Shown: positions 1 to 12,174 of the stretch, in pieces
Numbering within the stretch: the stretch's first letter is position 1
How the letters are laid out: each line of letters opens with the position of its first letter
Source of the DNA: Ignavibacteriota bacterium
GTDB lineage: Bacteria; Bacteroidota; Ignavibacteria; UBA10030
NCBI GenBank assembly: GCA_963701295.1
Contig: OY969585.1
Location: 2,528,001 to 2,592,000 of the forward strand
Direction: 5' to 3'
DNA: 64,000 nt
Made by a program: the position numbers and the translations under genes
Notes under the pieces: model-generated
What the model saw: only the letters and a program-made list of their open reading frames with translations
What the model was told of the DNA's origin: nothing
Databases searched by the model: none

Positions 1-788
<788 letters not shown>

Positions 789-1250
789 TTACGTTCTACT
801 CCTTTTCAGTCGTGCAATGTTTCGGTCTGATTCGCGCTTTGCAATTGCTTCACGCTTATCGTAGCTCTTTTTGCCGCGCGCGAGCGCGAGTTCAACTTTT
901 GCATACGGTCCCTTAAAATAGACAGATAAGGGAACGAGCGTTAATCCTTTTTCTTTCAATCCACCAAGCAACTTACGGATTTGTTTCTTCTGCAGCAGCA
1001 ACTTCCGTCTCCGCCGGGGTTCATGGTTGTAAATACTGCCATGCTCGTACGGGTTGATGTGCATTCCTTCCAACCACACCTCACCGCTTCTCAATTCAGC
1101 ATAACTGTCCTGGAGATTTGCATTGCCCTGTCGCAACGACTTCACCTCAGTGCCGGTGAGAACTATGCCAGCTTCAAAAGCTTCGATGATGAAATAATCG
1201 TGCCGTGCCTTGCGGTTGCTTATTAAGATACGCTGTGGTGCTTCTGCCAT
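789..1250 (-). CDS. smpB: SsrA-binding protein
   Basis: NRKARHDY, EAGIVLTGTEVKSLR and GKKSYDKR motifs; ATG at 1250. Confidence 0.97.
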   Translation of the reverse strand: MAEAPQRILISNRKARHDYFIIEAFEAGIVLTGTEVKSLRQGNANLQDSYAELRSGEVWLEGMHINPYEHGSIYNHEPRRRRKLLLQKKQIRKLLGGLKEKGLTLVPLSVYFKGPYAKVELALARGKKSYDKREAIAKRESDRNIARLKRSRT

Positions 1251-1534
1251 CCGCACATTTTTGTTTTAACATACCTGAAAAGTAAAAAAGAATCAATGAG
1301 AATTCTTAATTTATTCTATGAGAAATAATTCATCAGAAAAAGCGCTATAACACTTTTGCAGGACTATTAACGTGAATGGGAAGAGCAATTTATTCATCGA
1401 ACGGGAACTTGGATGAGATGATTTATCGTTTCATAATGAGCAGGTAGAGCGAAGTATTACTGCTTTGCCTTTCGGAACACTTCTGACTATATTAAGCGGA
1501 GAAAAGCGATATTTTCTTCAATAGAAAGAATACT

Positions 1535-2929
1535 ATGGCAGAGCGGCAATATGATGTGACGGTGATCGGCGGCGGTTCGGGCGGATATGTAGCGGCAATT
1601 CGGGCTGCACAGCTTGGGATGAAAGTTGGTCTGGTGGAACGTGATAAACTTGGCGGCGTATGCCTCAACTGGGGATGCGTTCCTTCAAAAGCACTTCTCA
1701 AGAGTGCCGAATTGTATAATACGTTTAAGAAGTCGCAGGAATTTGGAATTTCTCATACCGGGCTTACGTATGACTTTTCCAAAATTATTGCAAGAAGCCG
1801 TGGAGTTGCCGATCGCATCTCCAAAGGTGTTGAGTATTTAATGAAAAAGAATAAAATTGAAATTATTTCCGGTATAGCAAAACTTACAGGGAGAAATTCT
1901 CTTGAAGTGACAAAAGCCGGCAAAGTCACAGATACAATCAAATCGAAAAGCATTATTCTTGCGACAGGCGGAAGGCCGCGCTCTGTTCCCGGTGTTACTA
2001 TTGATCGGAAGAAAATCATCACAAGTACAGAAGCAATGTCGCTGCCGGAGCAGCCGAAATCGTTGATTGTCATTGGCGGCGGAGCTATCGGAGTCGAGTT
2101 TGCGTATTTCTACAATTCATTCGGAACCAAAGTAACTATTGTGGAAATGCTGTCATCGATTCTTCCGATCGAGGACAAGGAGATTACAAAAATTCTTGAC
2201 TCCAGTCTAAAGAAATCCGGAATTGATGTTCTCACGAACACGAAGGTCGACAGTGTGAAAATCGATCATGAAGTTACGGTGATAGTTTCTGATAAAGATG
2301 GAAAGAAAGATATAAAGGCAGATCTTGCACTAATGGCAGTCGGTGTTCAAGCGAATATTGAAAATCTTGGACTTGAAGCGATCGGAGTGAAGACTGAACG
2401 CGGTTTCATCAGTGTGAATGAATTCGGAAAAACCAATATCGACGGAATCTACGCTATCGGCGATGTATCGGGTCCGCCATTATTAGCGCATGTCGCTTCG
2501 CACGAAGGAATTGTTGCTATCGACCACATTGCAGGAAAAGCGAAACACGGTATCGATAAATTAAATATTCCAAGTTGCACATATTGTCAGCCGCAGATTG
2601 CAAGCGTTGGTTTAACAGAAGAAGTGGCAGTTACCAAAGGATACAAAGTCAAGATCGGCCGTTTTCCATTTCGCCCGTTGGGCAAGGCCATGGCAATTGG
2701 CGAGACTGAAGGAATAGTGAAATTAATCTTTGATGAAAAATACGGCGAATTGCTTGGCGCTCACATTATTGGCTCGGAAGCGACGGAAATGATTGCCGAG
2801 CTTGGCATGGCGAAAGCACTAGAAACAACATGGGAAGAATTGCACAATACCATGCATGCCCATCCAACGTTGTCGGAGGCAGTGATGGAAGCCGCCGGTC
2901 AGGCGTTCGATGTCGCAATTAACATTTAA
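1535..2929 (+). CDS. lpdA: Dihydrolipoamide dehydrogenase
   Basis: GGGSGG FAD motif, GGVCLNWGCVPSK disulfide motif, HPTLSE C-terminal motif. Confidence 0.96.
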   Translation: MAERQYDVTVIGGGSGGYVAAIRAAQLGMKVGLVERDKLGGVCLNWGCVPSKALLKSAELYNTFKKSQEFGISHTGLTYDFSKIIARSRGVADRISKGVEYLMKKNKIEIISGIAKLTGRNSLEVTKAGKVTDTIKSKSIILATGGRPRSVPGVTIDRKKIITSTEAMSLPEQPKSLIVIGGGAIGVEFAYFYNSFGTKVTIVEMLSSILPIEDKEITKILDSSLKKSGIDVLTNTKVDSVKIDHEVTVIVSDKDGKKDIKADLALMAVGVQANIENLGLEAIGVKTERGFISVNEFGKTNIDGIYAIGDVSGPPLLAHVASHEGIVAIDHIAGKAKHGIDKLNIPSCTYCQPQIASVGLTEEVAVTKGYKVKIGRFPFRPLGKAMAIGETEGIVKLIFDEKYGELLGAHIIGSEATEMIAELGMAKALETTWEELHNTMHAHPTLSEAVMEAAGQAFDVAINI

Positions 2930-2951
2930 GGATTTTGAATAGAGAAACTGA

Positions 2952-3686
2952 TTGATTCCTCTTCTCGTTTCAGACATTAGACGCACCAAATACGCAGATG
3001 CATGGATGCTTCAACAAAAGTTATTGACACTACGCCAATCCGCCGCTCTGGAAGATATTCTCCTTCTCACAGAACACGAACATGTGTATACGCTCGGCAA
3101 AGGAAGTGACCACAATCATCTCCTTGCTTCAGAGGAAGAACTGAAGGCTGGTGGTGCGGATGTTTTTCACATCGATCGCGGCGGGGATGTGACCTATCAT
3201 GGTCCAGGTCAGATTGTCGGTTATCCCATTCTCGATCTCAATAATTACTTTTTAGATGTTCATCGGTACCTGAGGAGTATCGAAGAAGTGATTATTCAGA
3301 CATTGATGAAATTTGGCATCTCAGCAGGACGTGAGAAGGAAATGACTGGTGTGTGGGTGCAGGGTGAGAAGATTGCAGCTATTGGTGTGAAAGTAAGCCG
3401 GTGGGTAACGATGCATGGATTTGCACTTAACGTGAATTCCGATTTAACAAAGTTTAATCGGATCATTCCTTGCGGCATATTTCACAAGGGAGTAACATCG
3501 ATGCAGAGGGTATTAAGCCAGGAAGTTCCATTTCAATCTGTTCAGAAAGCATTGGTTCATTCCTTTGCGAATGTGTTCGGTTGTCAGTCACGTTTGATAG
3601 ATAAAGAAGAATTGGACGCGATGATACTCAATTTGAGTACACAAGAAAAAGAGAATGAACTACCACAAAATCTTGCAATTATATGA
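2952..3686 (+). CDS. lipB: Octanoyltransferase
   Basis: EHEHVYTLG, RGGDVTYHGPGQ, KIAAIG, HGFALNV, IIPCG. Confidence 0.95.
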   Translation: MIPLLVSDIRRTKYADAWMLQQKLLTLRQSAALEDILLLTEHEHVYTLGKGSDHNHLLASEEELKAGGADVFHIDRGGDVTYHGPGQIVGYPILDLNNYFLDVHRYLRSIEEVIIQTLMKFGISAGREKEMTGVWVQGEKIAAIGVKVSRWVTMHGFALNVNSDLTKFNRIIPCGIFHKGVTSMQRVLSQEVPFQSVQKALVHSFANVFGCQSRLIDKEELDAMILNLSTQEKENELPQNLAII

Positions 3687-3815
3687 ACTTTCATTTGAGT
3701 ATATTAGAGAAGTTCGAAAGAAAGCGAGGTTTTAAATTGATTGTGCAACAGGCGGACAATTCCTGTCTCGTGTGAAATGGCAGCTTGAACATTTTGACTT
3801 TCCATCGGTGAAATA

Positions 3816-4703
3816 ATGGCTTTGGAAATTCAGGAAATACAAAAAGAAAAAACAACATTGGCTCGGCTTCAACGCCCGGAATGGTTAAAAGCAAAAATTC
3901 CCGCTGGCAAGGAATATGTTCATCTCGATGGCATTATGCGCTCCCATAAGCTGCATACGGTGTGCGAGGAAGCCCGATGTCCCAATATGGGAGAATGTTG
4001 GAATTTAGGTACTGCAACTTTCATGATTCTTGGCGATATTTGTACCAGGTCTTGTGGGTTCTGTGCGGTGAAAACAGGACGCCCGGAGTATGGATTGGAT
4101 TGGGATGAACCGAGGCGCGTTGTAGAAGCAGTTGAATTGATGAAGATTCGGCATGCTGTCATAACTTCTGTGAATCGTGATGAGCGGAAGGATGGAGGCG
4201 CACCGATATTTGCAGAAACAATACGGCTGATTCATGAACGTGTACCGGGATGTAAGGTAGAAGTGCTTATTCCTGATTTCAAAGGAAGCGAAGAAGTTCT
4301 TGAAATCGTGCTTGCGGCAAAACCGGATATTCTCAATCATAATATAGAAACAGTCCCACGTCTGTATCGGACAGTGCGACCACAGGCAAATTATCGGCAA
4401 TCATTAGAAGTGCTTGATCGGGCAAAGAAAAAAGGATTTGTGACAAAGACAGGGTTGATGCTTGGTGTGGGAGAACGGATGGAAGAAATTTTAGATGTGA
4501 TGAGGGATGCTCGTGCTATGCAGTGCGATATCCTCACACTTGGGCAATATCTCCAGCCTACAAAAGAACATCTTCCGATTGATCGATACGCCCATCCGGA
4601 TGAGTTTAAGATGTTGAAAGAAGAAGGATTGAAAATGGGATTCCGGCATATTGAATCCGGTCCATTAGTACGCAGTTCTTATCATGCCGCAGGACAGGTT
4701 TGA
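3816..4703 (+). CDS. lipA: Lipoyl synthase (radical SAM)
   Basis: [20 protein letters not shown] and RSSYHA motifs. Confidence 0.97.
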   Translation: MALEIQEIQKEKTTLARLQRPEWLKAKIPAGKEYVHLDGIMRSHKLHTVCEEARCPNMGECWNLGTATFMILGDICTRSCGFCAVKTGRPEYGLDWDEPRRVVEAVELMKIRHAVITSVNRDERKDGGAPIFAETIRLIHERVPGCKVEVLIPDFKGSEEVLEIVLAAKPDILNHNIETVPRLYRTVRPQANYRQSLEVLDRAKKKGFVTKTGLMLGVGERMEEILDVMRDARAMQCDILTLGQYLQPTKEHLPIDRYAHPDEFKMLKEEGLKMGFRHIESGPLVRSSYHAAGQV

Positions 4704-4710
4704 GAGTCCT

Positions 4711-5388
4711 ATGATTACAAAGTATGGATACGATGTCTATTTCACTATTGCGGCGGTATGCGTTGTCATACTTGTACTGGCGATTCTGTTCGTTGAACCG
4801 AAATCATTGCGCTACTCGCTCATAGTAGTCTCACTTGCGTTTCTTGGTTTTACAACAAATTTTTTCCGTGACCCCGAGCGCACAACACCGAAAGGCGAAA
4901 ATCTTATTATCGCTCCTGCGGATGGTAGAGTCATTGTTCTAAAAAGAATTCACGATGATGAATTCTTCCATGCGGATGTACAGCAGATAGGTATTTTTAT
5001 GTCGCCGCTCAATGTTCATGTCAATCGCAATCCTATCACTGGAATAGTACGCCACACCCGATACGTCAAAGGGGAGTACTTTGCTGCATTCGAAGATAAG
5101 TCATCGGAAAGAAATGAGCAAATGATAGTTGGAATTGAAGGTGTGAACGGAAAAGTGATGTTCAAACAAATTGCCGGATTTATTGCTCGGCGTATTGTTT
5201 GCCAATTAAAACCGGGCGATGCGGTAAATAGGGGAGAACGGTTTGGCATGATTAAATTCGGTTCTCGTGTAGATGTGTTCTTTCCTCTGTCTGTGAATGT
5301 TCGTGCACAGATCGGGGATATCACGAAAGCCGGCGAAACAATACTGGGAGAGTATTCTCAGAACGAATCGGAGAAAAAAATAAAATGA
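4711..5388 (+). CDS. psd: Phosphatidylserine decarboxylase proenzyme
   Basis: FFRDPER, APADG, IFMSPLNVHVNR, FGSRVD cleavage motif; ATG at 4711 preferred. Confidence 0.93.
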   Translation: MITKYGYDVYFTIAAVCVVILVLAILFVEPKSLRYSLIVVSLAFLGFTTNFFRDPERTTPKGENLIIAPADGRVIVLKRIHDDEFFHADVQQIGIFMSPLNVHVNRNPITGIVRHTRYVKGEYFAAFEDKSSERNEQMIVGIEGVNGKVMFKQIAGFIARRIVCQLKPGDAVNRGERFGMIKFGSRVDVFFPLSVNVRAQIGDITKAGETILGEYSQNESEKKIK

Positions 5389-6149
5389 AAATTACACGAG
5401 CAGTTGTTCCAAGTCTTTTTACAACGCTGAACATCTTTTGCGGATTTCTCTCTATTCTCAGTGTCGCTCAAGGGCATTTTCAGACGGCAGCATGGTTCAT
5501 TATTCTTGCAGCTATTTTTGATTCGCTGGATGGAGTGATGGCGCGCATTACGCGTTCATCAAGCCAGTTTGGTGTCGAACTTGATTCGCTCGCAGATGTG
5601 GTCTCATTTGGCGCGGCGCCGTCGTTTATGGTGTATCAGGCACATCTGTACACATTGGGGAATTGGGGAATCATTCTTGCGGCTTTGCCTGTTGTATTTG
5701 GGGCTATTCGTTTGGCGCGGTTTAATGTTCAGTTGGTAGGATTCGATAAAGATTACTTCAATGGATTACCGATTCCGATGCAGGCGATCACAATCTGTGC
5801 ATTCATTCTTCAATACTATGGCGACGGTTTTGGTTTGAGCGGCTGGAGTGGATCTGGATTGACAATTCTTGTTATCGTTCTCTCATTCTTGATGGTGAGC
5901 CGTGTAAAGTATGACACACTTCCAAAACTTTCGAAACGCCAGATAAAAGCACATCCGTGGAAGGTTGTCGGACTGATCATTGGAATGCTTATCATCGTAT
6001 TTTCAAAGGGGACACTTCTCTTCCTTATGCTTGCACTCTACATCCTCTTCGGATTGATCAGGTTTGCTGTGCAGGGATTGACGAAGTCATTTAAAAAAAC
6101 CGAGAATGAACTAAAAGGGGCGGAAAAATTCTCAAGCATTGATATATAG
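5385..6149 (+). CDS. pssA: CDP-diacylglycerol--serine O-phosphatidyltransferase
   Basis: DGxxARxxxxSSxFGxELDSLAD CDP-alcohol phosphotransferase motif; adjacent to psd. Confidence 0.93.
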   Translation: MKITRAVVPSLFTTLNIFCGFLSILSVAQGHFQTAAWFIILAAIFDSLDGVMARITRSSSQFGVELDSLADVVSFGAAPSFMVYQAHLYTLGNWGIILAALPVVFGAIRLARFNVQLVGFDKDYFNGLPIPMQAITICAFILQYYGDGFGLSGWSGSGLTILVIVLSFLMVSRVKYDTLPKLSKRQIKAHPWKVVGLIIGMLIIVFSKGTLLFLMLALYILFGLIRFAVQGLTKSFKKTENELKGAEKFSSIDI

Positions 6150-6158
6150 GAGCTAAAC

Positions 6159-6413
6159 GTGTTTCATTCAAAAGTACTTGTAAGCTTAAAAAAATCCATC
6201 CTTGATCCGCAAGGGAAAGCTGTGGAACAAGGTATTCATTCGCTTGGCTTTGATGCCGTTGGTGATGTGCGGATCGGCAAATATATCGAGATGGACATAG
6301 ATACGAATTCACATGAAGATGCAGAACGAATGACCAAAGAGATTTCGGATAAACTCCTTGCGAATCTCATTATGGAAAGTTATTCGTTCACCATTGAACC
6401 TGTTAAAGAATAG
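6159..6413 (+). CDS. purS: FGAM synthase subunit PurS
   Basis: ILDPQGKAV, VRIGKYIE and LLAN motifs. Confidence 0.95.
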   Translation: MFHSKVLVSLKKSILDPQGKAVEQGIHSLGFDAVGDVRIGKYIEMDIDTNSHEDAERMTKEISDKLLANLIMESYSFTIEPVKE

Positions 6414-6424
6414 CGGGATAGAGC

Positions 6425-7168
6425 ATGGCAAAAGTAAAAATTGGTGTGATCGTTTTCCCCGGTTCAAACTGCGACCATGACTCTCATTATGTAGCTGAGA
6501 CCATCATGGGGCAGGATGTCCGGTTGATTTGGCACAAAGAGAGTTCTATCGGTGATGTGGATCTTGTTATTCTTCCGGGTGGATTTTCGTTTGGCGATTA
6601 TCTTCGGTGCGGAGCAATAGCGCGCTTTTCGCCGGTGATGCAGGATGTCGTTCGTTTTGCCCATAACGGCGGTTTCGTGATTGGAATATGCAATGGGTTT
6701 CAAGTACTCACAGAAGCCGGGTTGCTGCCGGGTGTATTACTTCGGAATAAATCTCTGCTGTTCATCTGTAAGTATTTGCATCTCCGTGTTGAGAATGCGA
6801 ACACGAAATTCACGCACGCATGCGATTCAGGCGAGGTCATCGAAATTCCGATTGCCCACGGGGAAGGAAATTACTTTACCGATCCTGATACACTCAAGCG
6901 ATTAGATGACAATCAGCAAGTAGTATTTCGTTATTGCGATCGATCGGGTAAAGTAACAGACGATGCAAATCCTAATGGTTCGTTGGATAATATTGCGGGT
7001 ATTATCAATGAGACCGGAAACGTACTGGGAATGATGCCGCATCCTGAACGTGCATCCGATCCGGTTTTAAAACATACAGATGGAAGAAAAATATTTGAAT
7101 CCATGATTCAAAGTGTTAATTCACAGTTTCAGATAATAGAAAGTATAGCTTCAGAGAGGAGCGTATAA
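6425..7168 (+). CDS. purQ: FGAM synthase glutaminase subunit
   Basis: [32 protein letters not shown]. Confidence 0.97.
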   Translation: MAKVKIGVIVFPGSNCDHDSHYVAETIMGQDVRLIWHKESSIGDVDLVILPGGFSFGDYLRCGAIARFSPVMQDVVRFAHNGGFVIGICNGFQVLTEAGLLPGVLLRNKSLLFICKYLHLRVENANTKFTHACDSGEVIEIPIAHGEGNYFTDPDTLKRLDDNQQVVFRYCDRSGKVTDDANPNGSLDNIAGIINETGNVLGMMPHPERASDPVLKHTDGRKIFESMIQSVNSQFQIIESIASERSV

Positions 7169-7169
7169 T

Positions 7170-7373
7170 ATGGGAAATATAGGTGGTCCAGAACTGTTTC
7201 TTATTCTCCTCATTGTTCTCATCTTCTTCGGCGCAAAAAGGTTGCCGGATTTAGCACGAGGACTAGGACAAGGAATTCGAGAATTCCGCAAAGCAGCCAA
7301 AGATGTACAGGATGAGGTCGAGAAGGAAACAAAAAAGCTCGACGAGAAGAGCGATGGGAAGCCGCAAGGCTGA
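7170..7373 (+). CDS. tatA: Twin-arginine translocase TatA/E subunit
   Basis: N-terminal TM, FGAKRLP, LGQGIREFRK. Confidence 0.93.
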   Translation: MGNIGGPELFLILLIVLIFFGAKRLPDLARGLGQGIREFRKAAKDVQDEVEKETKKLDEKSDGKPQG

Positions 7374-7423
7374 TTGCTGAATCTTGAAATCCACGTCCCC
7401 ACGGCAATACATAAGCGAATTCC

Positions 7424-8836
7424 ATGAAATCATTTGATGTACTACGAGCGGAGCTTTTAGCGGGAACAACGACCTGCGAGCGCATTACATCGGAATATCT
7501 CCGTACGATCGAAGAAAAAAAGCACCTAAACGCACTTCTTTCAGTGTTTCCAGAAAAGGCACTTGAGCAAGGGAGGATTGTTGATAAGAAGGTGCAGAAT
7601 GGAACAGCCGGCTCGCTCGCAGGAATGGTGATGGTTATAAAAGATGTCATTTGCATGAAAGACGAGCGAGTGACGTGCGGATCAAAAATATTAGAAAACT
7701 TCGTTTCTCTCTACGATGCAACCGTCGTCCAGCGTTTGCGCGGTGCTGATGCTGTTATCATAGGCAAAGCCAATATGGACGAATTCGCAATGGGTTCATC
7801 CACAGAGAACTCAGCGTATGGACGAGTAAAGCTTCCGCAGGATGAGACGCGCATTCCCGGAGGATCAAGCGGCGGTTCCGCGGTTGCTATACGGGCAGGG
7901 ATGTCCACGACTTCCTTAGGATCGGATACAGGCGGTTCCATTCGCCAGCCGGCGGCGTTTTGCGGAGTAATAGGATTAAAGCCAACCTATGGGCGAGTTT
8001 CACGCTACGGGCTTGTTGCCTATGCATCCTCGTTTGATTCCATTGGCCCGTTCGCGTTGACGACAAGAGATGCAGCAAATGTTTTTCAGGTTATAGCCGG
8101 ACACGATCCCAACGATTCAACATCAGCAGAAGTACCGGTACCGGATTATCTTTCGAAATTGACCAAAAATGTGAAAGGTTTGCGTGTTGGAATTCCAATG
8201 GAGTATTTTGGCGAAGCTCTCAATGCCGAAATCCGTCAATCGATAGAGAAGAAAATTGGTATTTTGCGGAGCAATGGAGCGATTATCACGGAAGTGAACC
8301 TTCCGCACACAGAATATACAATTGCTGTATATTATATTCTTGCTACTGCAGAAGCATCATCGAATCTTGCACGGTACGATGGAGCACGGTATGGTTACAG
8401 GAAGGAAAATGTCCATGATCTTTCTGAAATGTATATCAAATCGCGGAGCGAGGGATTTGGCGCGGAGGTCAAACGGCGTATTATGCTGGGCACGTATGTC
8501 CTTTCCGCCGGTTACTACGATGCATATTATCGAAAAGGTCAAAAAGTCCGACGATTGATTCAAGAAGATTTTACAAAAGCGTTCGCGAAAGTTGATTGCC
8601 TTATCACACCGACATCGCCAAGTACTGCGTTCAAGGCTGGCGAAAAGATGAATGACCCTCTGCAAATGTATCTCTCGGATATTTATACGACGTCGGCAAA
8701 TCTTGCAGGCATTCCGGGTATTAGCGTACCATGCGGAGAGGATCATCAAGGATTACCGATAGGTTTACAGATTCTTGGCCCACATTTTGGTGAATCAACA
8801 TTATTACGAGTTGCAGATTTTTTGGAAACGGCATAG
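7424..8836 (+). CDS. gatA: Asp/Glu-tRNA amidotransferase subunit A
   Basis: Amidase signature [28 protein letters not shown]. Confidence 0.96.
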   Translation: MKSFDVLRAELLAGTTTCERITSEYLRTIEEKKHLNALLSVFPEKALEQGRIVDKKVQNGTAGSLAGMVMVIKDVICMKDERVTCGSKILENFVSLYDATVVQRLRGADAVIIGKANMDEFAMGSSTENSAYGRVKLPQDETRIPGGSSGGSAVAIRAGMSTTSLGSDTGGSIRQPAAFCGVIGLKPTYGRVSRYGLVAYASSFDSIGPFALTTRDAANVFQVIAGHDPNDSTSAEVPVPDYLSKLTKNVKGLRVGIPMEYFGEALNAEIRQSIEKKIGILRSNGAIITEVNLPHTEYTIAVYYILATAEASSNLARYDGARYGYRKENVHDLSEMYIKSRSEGFGAEVKRRIMLGTYVLSAGYYDAYYRKGQKVRRLIQEDFTKAFAKVDCLITPTSPSTAFKAGEKMNDPLQMYLSDIYTTSANLAGIPGISVPCGEDHQGLPIGLQILGPHFGESTLLRVADFLETA

Positions 8837-8872
8837 GACCACAACACATCAAAAAGAGGAATATCAATCATC

Positions 8873-9877
8873 ATGAGCATCCTCGTTGATAAAAACACAC
8901 GTCTCGTTGTGCAAGGAATTACAGGCAGCGAAGGAACATTCCATACCAGACAAATGATGGAGTATGGAACAAAAGTGGTTGCCGGTGTTACGCCGGGAAA
9001 AGGCGGAACACATTATCAAGGCAACGAAAAAGATCAGCTGCCGCGTCCAGTTCGGGTGTTCAATACTGTAAAAGAAGCAGTGGAAAGTGAACGAGCAAAC
9101 ACTTCTATCATTTTCGTTCCCGCTGCTTTTGCTGCCGATGCAATTATGGAATCTGCAGACGCCGGAGTCAAACTCATCGTGGCGATTACCGAGGGGATTC
9201 CGACAAGTGATATGGTGAAGGTGTACGAATATGTATCAAGAAAAGGAGTTCGGCTTGTCGGACCAAATTGTCCGGGTGTGATTACTCCAGGAGAAACGAA
9301 GATTGGTATTATGCCCGGCTTCATTCATAAACCAGGGCGAGTTGGAGTAGTATCGCGAAGCGGAACTTTGACGTACGAAGCAGTCTCACAGCTTACAGAG
9401 CGAAGTATCGGACAATCTACTTGTGTCGGCATCGGAGGCGATCCGATCATCGGAACACAGTTCATTGATGTGATAAAACTTTTTCATGCAGACAAGAAAA
9501 CAAATGCCATCATTATGATTGGTGAGATTGGCGGAACAGCGGAAGAGGAAGCAGCAGAGTACATCAAAAAACACGTAAAGAAACCAGTTGTTGGGTTTAT
9601 CGCAGGACGCACTGCACCTCCGGGACGCCGGATGGGACATGCAGGTGCTATTATCTCCGGTGGGAAAGGAACAGCAGACGAAAAGATGAAGGCAATGCGT
9701 AAAGCTGGAATCACTGTCGTCGATAATCCTGCTCTCATCGGTGAGACGATGGAAAAAGTTTTGATAAAATATAGTAAGGCAGTAAGTAAAAGGAAAAAAG
9801 TAAAAGAAATAAATGCAAAAAAGAAAAATATAAAAATTATTCCAAAACGAAAATTGATACGAAAAAAGAAGAAATAG
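8873..9877 (+). CDS. sucD: Succinyl-CoA synthetase alpha subunit with Lys-rich C-terminal tail
   Basis: [28 protein letters not shown]. Confidence 0.96.
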   Translation: MSILVDKNTRLVVQGITGSEGTFHTRQMMEYGTKVVAGVTPGKGGTHYQGNEKDQLPRPVRVFNTVKEAVESERANTSIIFVPAAFAADAIMESADAGVKLIVAITEGIPTSDMVKVYEYVSRKGVRLVGPNCPGVITPGETKIGIMPGFIHKPGRVGVVSRSGTLTYEAVSQLTERSIGQSTCVGIGGDPIIGTQFIDVIKLFHADKKTNAIIMIGEIGGTAEEEAAEYIKKHVKKPVVGFIAGRTAPPGRRMGHAGAIISGGKGTADEKMKAMRKAGITVVDNPALIGETMEKVLIKYSKAVSKRKKVKEINAKKKNIKIIPKRKLIRKKKK

Positions 9878-10036
9878 AGATGCATCGCCAAAAAGTATGT
9901 TGACGGAGGAATAAAAGTATTGATTGCAGTCGAACGAGAAGTTGCTATTCTCAAATCGGATTGTATATAAAACTTTTGAACGATTATTATAACCAGCACA
10001 TGAATCTCCTATCTCTTATCATTCTCTTTTCTTCTT

Positions 10037-10576
10037 ATGCCTCTTAAAACGTGGAAAAAAATTTCTGAAGCTGTTCTATTTAAAAATTCTTGGTGGACCT
10101 ATAAAAAAGATGAAACAGAACTGCCAAGCGGGAAACGAGGAGAATATCATTATGTCCACACGAATGGGGCAAGTATGATTGTACCGGTATTCAACGATGG
10201 AAGAATTGTTTTCGTAAATCAATACAGATATTTGAATGACCGGGAAAGCCTGGAACTTCCTTGCGGCGGCGTGAAGGATGGGCACACCTATGAAGAAACC
10301 GCAAAACATGAACTTGAAGAGGAAGCAGGGTTCATTGCACGCAATTGGTACAAGATTGGCGAATTTAATCCCTATAACGGAATAACAGATGAACTCTGCC
10401 ATGTCTTTATAGCGAAAAATCTTTCTGAAGTTCCGCCGACACCGGATGAGACGGAGGAGTTCGAAATAATATCTCTGACACCTGATGAAGTGGATGCACA
10501 TATTGCCACTGGCACGATTTGGGATGGGATGACAATAGCGGCATGGAATATAGCAAAGTCACACATTTCAAGATAG
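10037..10576 (+). CDS. NUDIX hydrolase (ADP-ribose pyrophosphatase-like)
   Basis: Nudix box GGVKDGHTYEETAKHELEEEAG; QYRY...LELPCG. Confidence 0.88.
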   Translation: MPLKTWKKISEAVLFKNSWWTYKKDETELPSGKRGEYHYVHTNGASMIVPVFNDGRIVFVNQYRYLNDRESLELPCGGVKDGHTYEETAKHELEEEAGFIARNWYKIGEFNPYNGITDELCHVFIAKNLSEVPPTPDETEEFEIISLTPDEVDAHIATGTIWDGMTIAAWNIAKSHISR

Positions 10577-10886
10577 ATCGTCATTTTACTTTCTCCACTT
10601 CCTGAATTACCTATTTTTCATGGAAGTTTGTAGAAAATAGTTTTATATAAAAAAAAGGAAAAATAAAATGCTGAAAATTTGATATTTTCGCCTCTCTTTT
10701 CTTGGTACGAAATATGAGCTGAATTGCCAAGACGAGAGACCGGTCTCGAAGGTCGGAACGGTGATATGAGTCACATCATGGGGAAACGTTAACTCTATAT
10801 TGATGTAGCTTAATGAGGACTATAGTGCGGGGGAGATAACGTACGGATAGTGATTCGAACACTTACATAATACGCCAATTTAACAC

Positions 10887-10915
10887 TTGAATATGAAGTC
10901 GTGATACTCTATACT
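10887..10915 (+). promoter_or_regulatory. Putative sigma70 promoter of the pilin-like cluster
   Basis: TTGAAT-17 nt-TATACT, 44 bp upstream of ATG 10960. Confidence 0.5.
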
Positions 10916-10959
10916 AAAACAGGATTTTAAGTCTAATAATAAAAAGGCGTTGAGAGAAT

Positions 10960-11508
10960 ATGAATACCGGACAAACCATGCTTACCGTAGGCGCATTAGC
11001 ATTACTCTCTATTATATCCTTGAGATACTATGAAACTGTTTCACAAAATGGAGCAAATCTTGCACAATCGAATGCCGGGCTTACTGCTACAACTATTGCA
11101 ACATCGTACATTGAACGTGCACAAAACACAGCATTTGATGAACAATCTATCGGTCATCCAGTAGATTCGATACAAGCGAACATCAATTTACTCACTGCCC
11201 CAAATTTATTAGGGGCAGATGGGGCAAATGAGATGATGAGTATCGATAGTGTAGATGATTTTGATGATTTTGCATATTATAATCATTCGCATCCTGTAGT
11301 CTATCATCCTGGGAATATAAATGAAACATACCAGGTAGAATTTAATGTTTATTATGTCGATACGAGTGATATTATGACACAAGTTAATTATAGAACATTT
11401 GTGAAGAAAATGGATGTAAAGGTATACCGTGTTGATTCGACATCACTTCAAGCGGCGTTTGATACAGTGAGGATGAGCACAATTTTTGGATTATTTAAAT
11501 ATAATTAA
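10960..11508 (+). CDS. Hypothetical minor-pilin-like (PilV-like) protein
   Basis: Single N-terminal hydrophobic helix, ATxIAxSYIE helix, DDFDDF motif; first of three co-oriented pilin-like genes. Confidence 0.55.
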   Translation: MNTGQTMLTVGALALLSIISLRYYETVSQNGANLAQSNAGLTATTIATSYIERAQNTAFDEQSIGHPVDSIQANINLLTAPNLLGADGANEMMSIDSVDDFDDFAYYNHSHPVVYHPGNINETYQVEFNVYYVDTSDIMTQVNYRTFVKKMDVKVYRVDSTSLQAAFDTVRMSTIFGLFKYN

Positions 11509-11553
11509 TAGATACATATCTCTCTGGATAGATAGTATGGTTGGAGATTACTC

Positions 11554-12153
11554 ATGACCACATTAATGGATATCATCTTTGCTTCTTTTTTGGGTGGAGT
11601 CATTACTCTCCTTACTTTAAATGAAAATATGGTATTAAGAGAAACGTGGACGAGCTACAATAGCCAAGTGATAGTTCAACAAACGCTTATTTCAACAGCT
11701 CAACTCTTGGAAGGCGAATTGCGCAATATGGGTTCTGGTATACCTAATGGAGTAGAGACTATCACTGAAGCAGAAGATACTTGCATCTCATTTAAGATGA
11801 CTCTGAGGCCAGACCCTGGCCTTCTTCCCAGCGCTATAAAATATTATACAGGTTCACATAGTGAACTTGCAACAGTGGATAACCCCAACGTTCGGTACCT
11901 CTATCGTCAGCAAGATGGCGGTAATCCTCAAGTCATTGGGATGGTCACTCAATTTCTCGTTAAATATATAGATAATAATGGAGCAGTGATGACTACACCA
12001 ATAACCGATCCAAATAGTTTAATAAATATCAAACTTATAGAAATCACGATGGAAGTACAATCTCCCTTTGCTGTTATTTTAAATCCTGACCAAAAATTTG
12101 CATCGGCATTGTGGAAACAGACGCGGCTGGCATCACAAAATTTACAAAGGTAA
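11554..12153 (+). CDS. Hypothetical minor-pilin-like (PilW-like) protein
   Basis: N-terminal hydrophobic helix, LEGELRNMG helix as in PilW/GspJ, beta-rich C-terminus. Confidence 0.55.
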   Translation: MTTLMDIIFASFLGGVITLLTLNENMVLRETWTSYNSQVIVQQTLISTAQLLEGELRNMGSGIPNGVETITEAEDTCISFKMTLRPDPGLLPSAIKYYTGSHSELATVDNPNVRYLYRQQDGGNPQVIGMVTQFLVKYIDNNGAVMTTPITDPNSLINIKLIEITMEVQSPFAVILNPDQKFASALWKQTRLASQNLQR

Positions 12154-12174
12154 TAATTATCCCTGGAGGATACC

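Noticed and set aside
10702-10718. Sigma54 promoter TGGTACG-N4-ATGA before the pilin-like genes
   Set aside because: The -12 element lacks the conserved GC, and a better sigma70 match lies closer to the gene.
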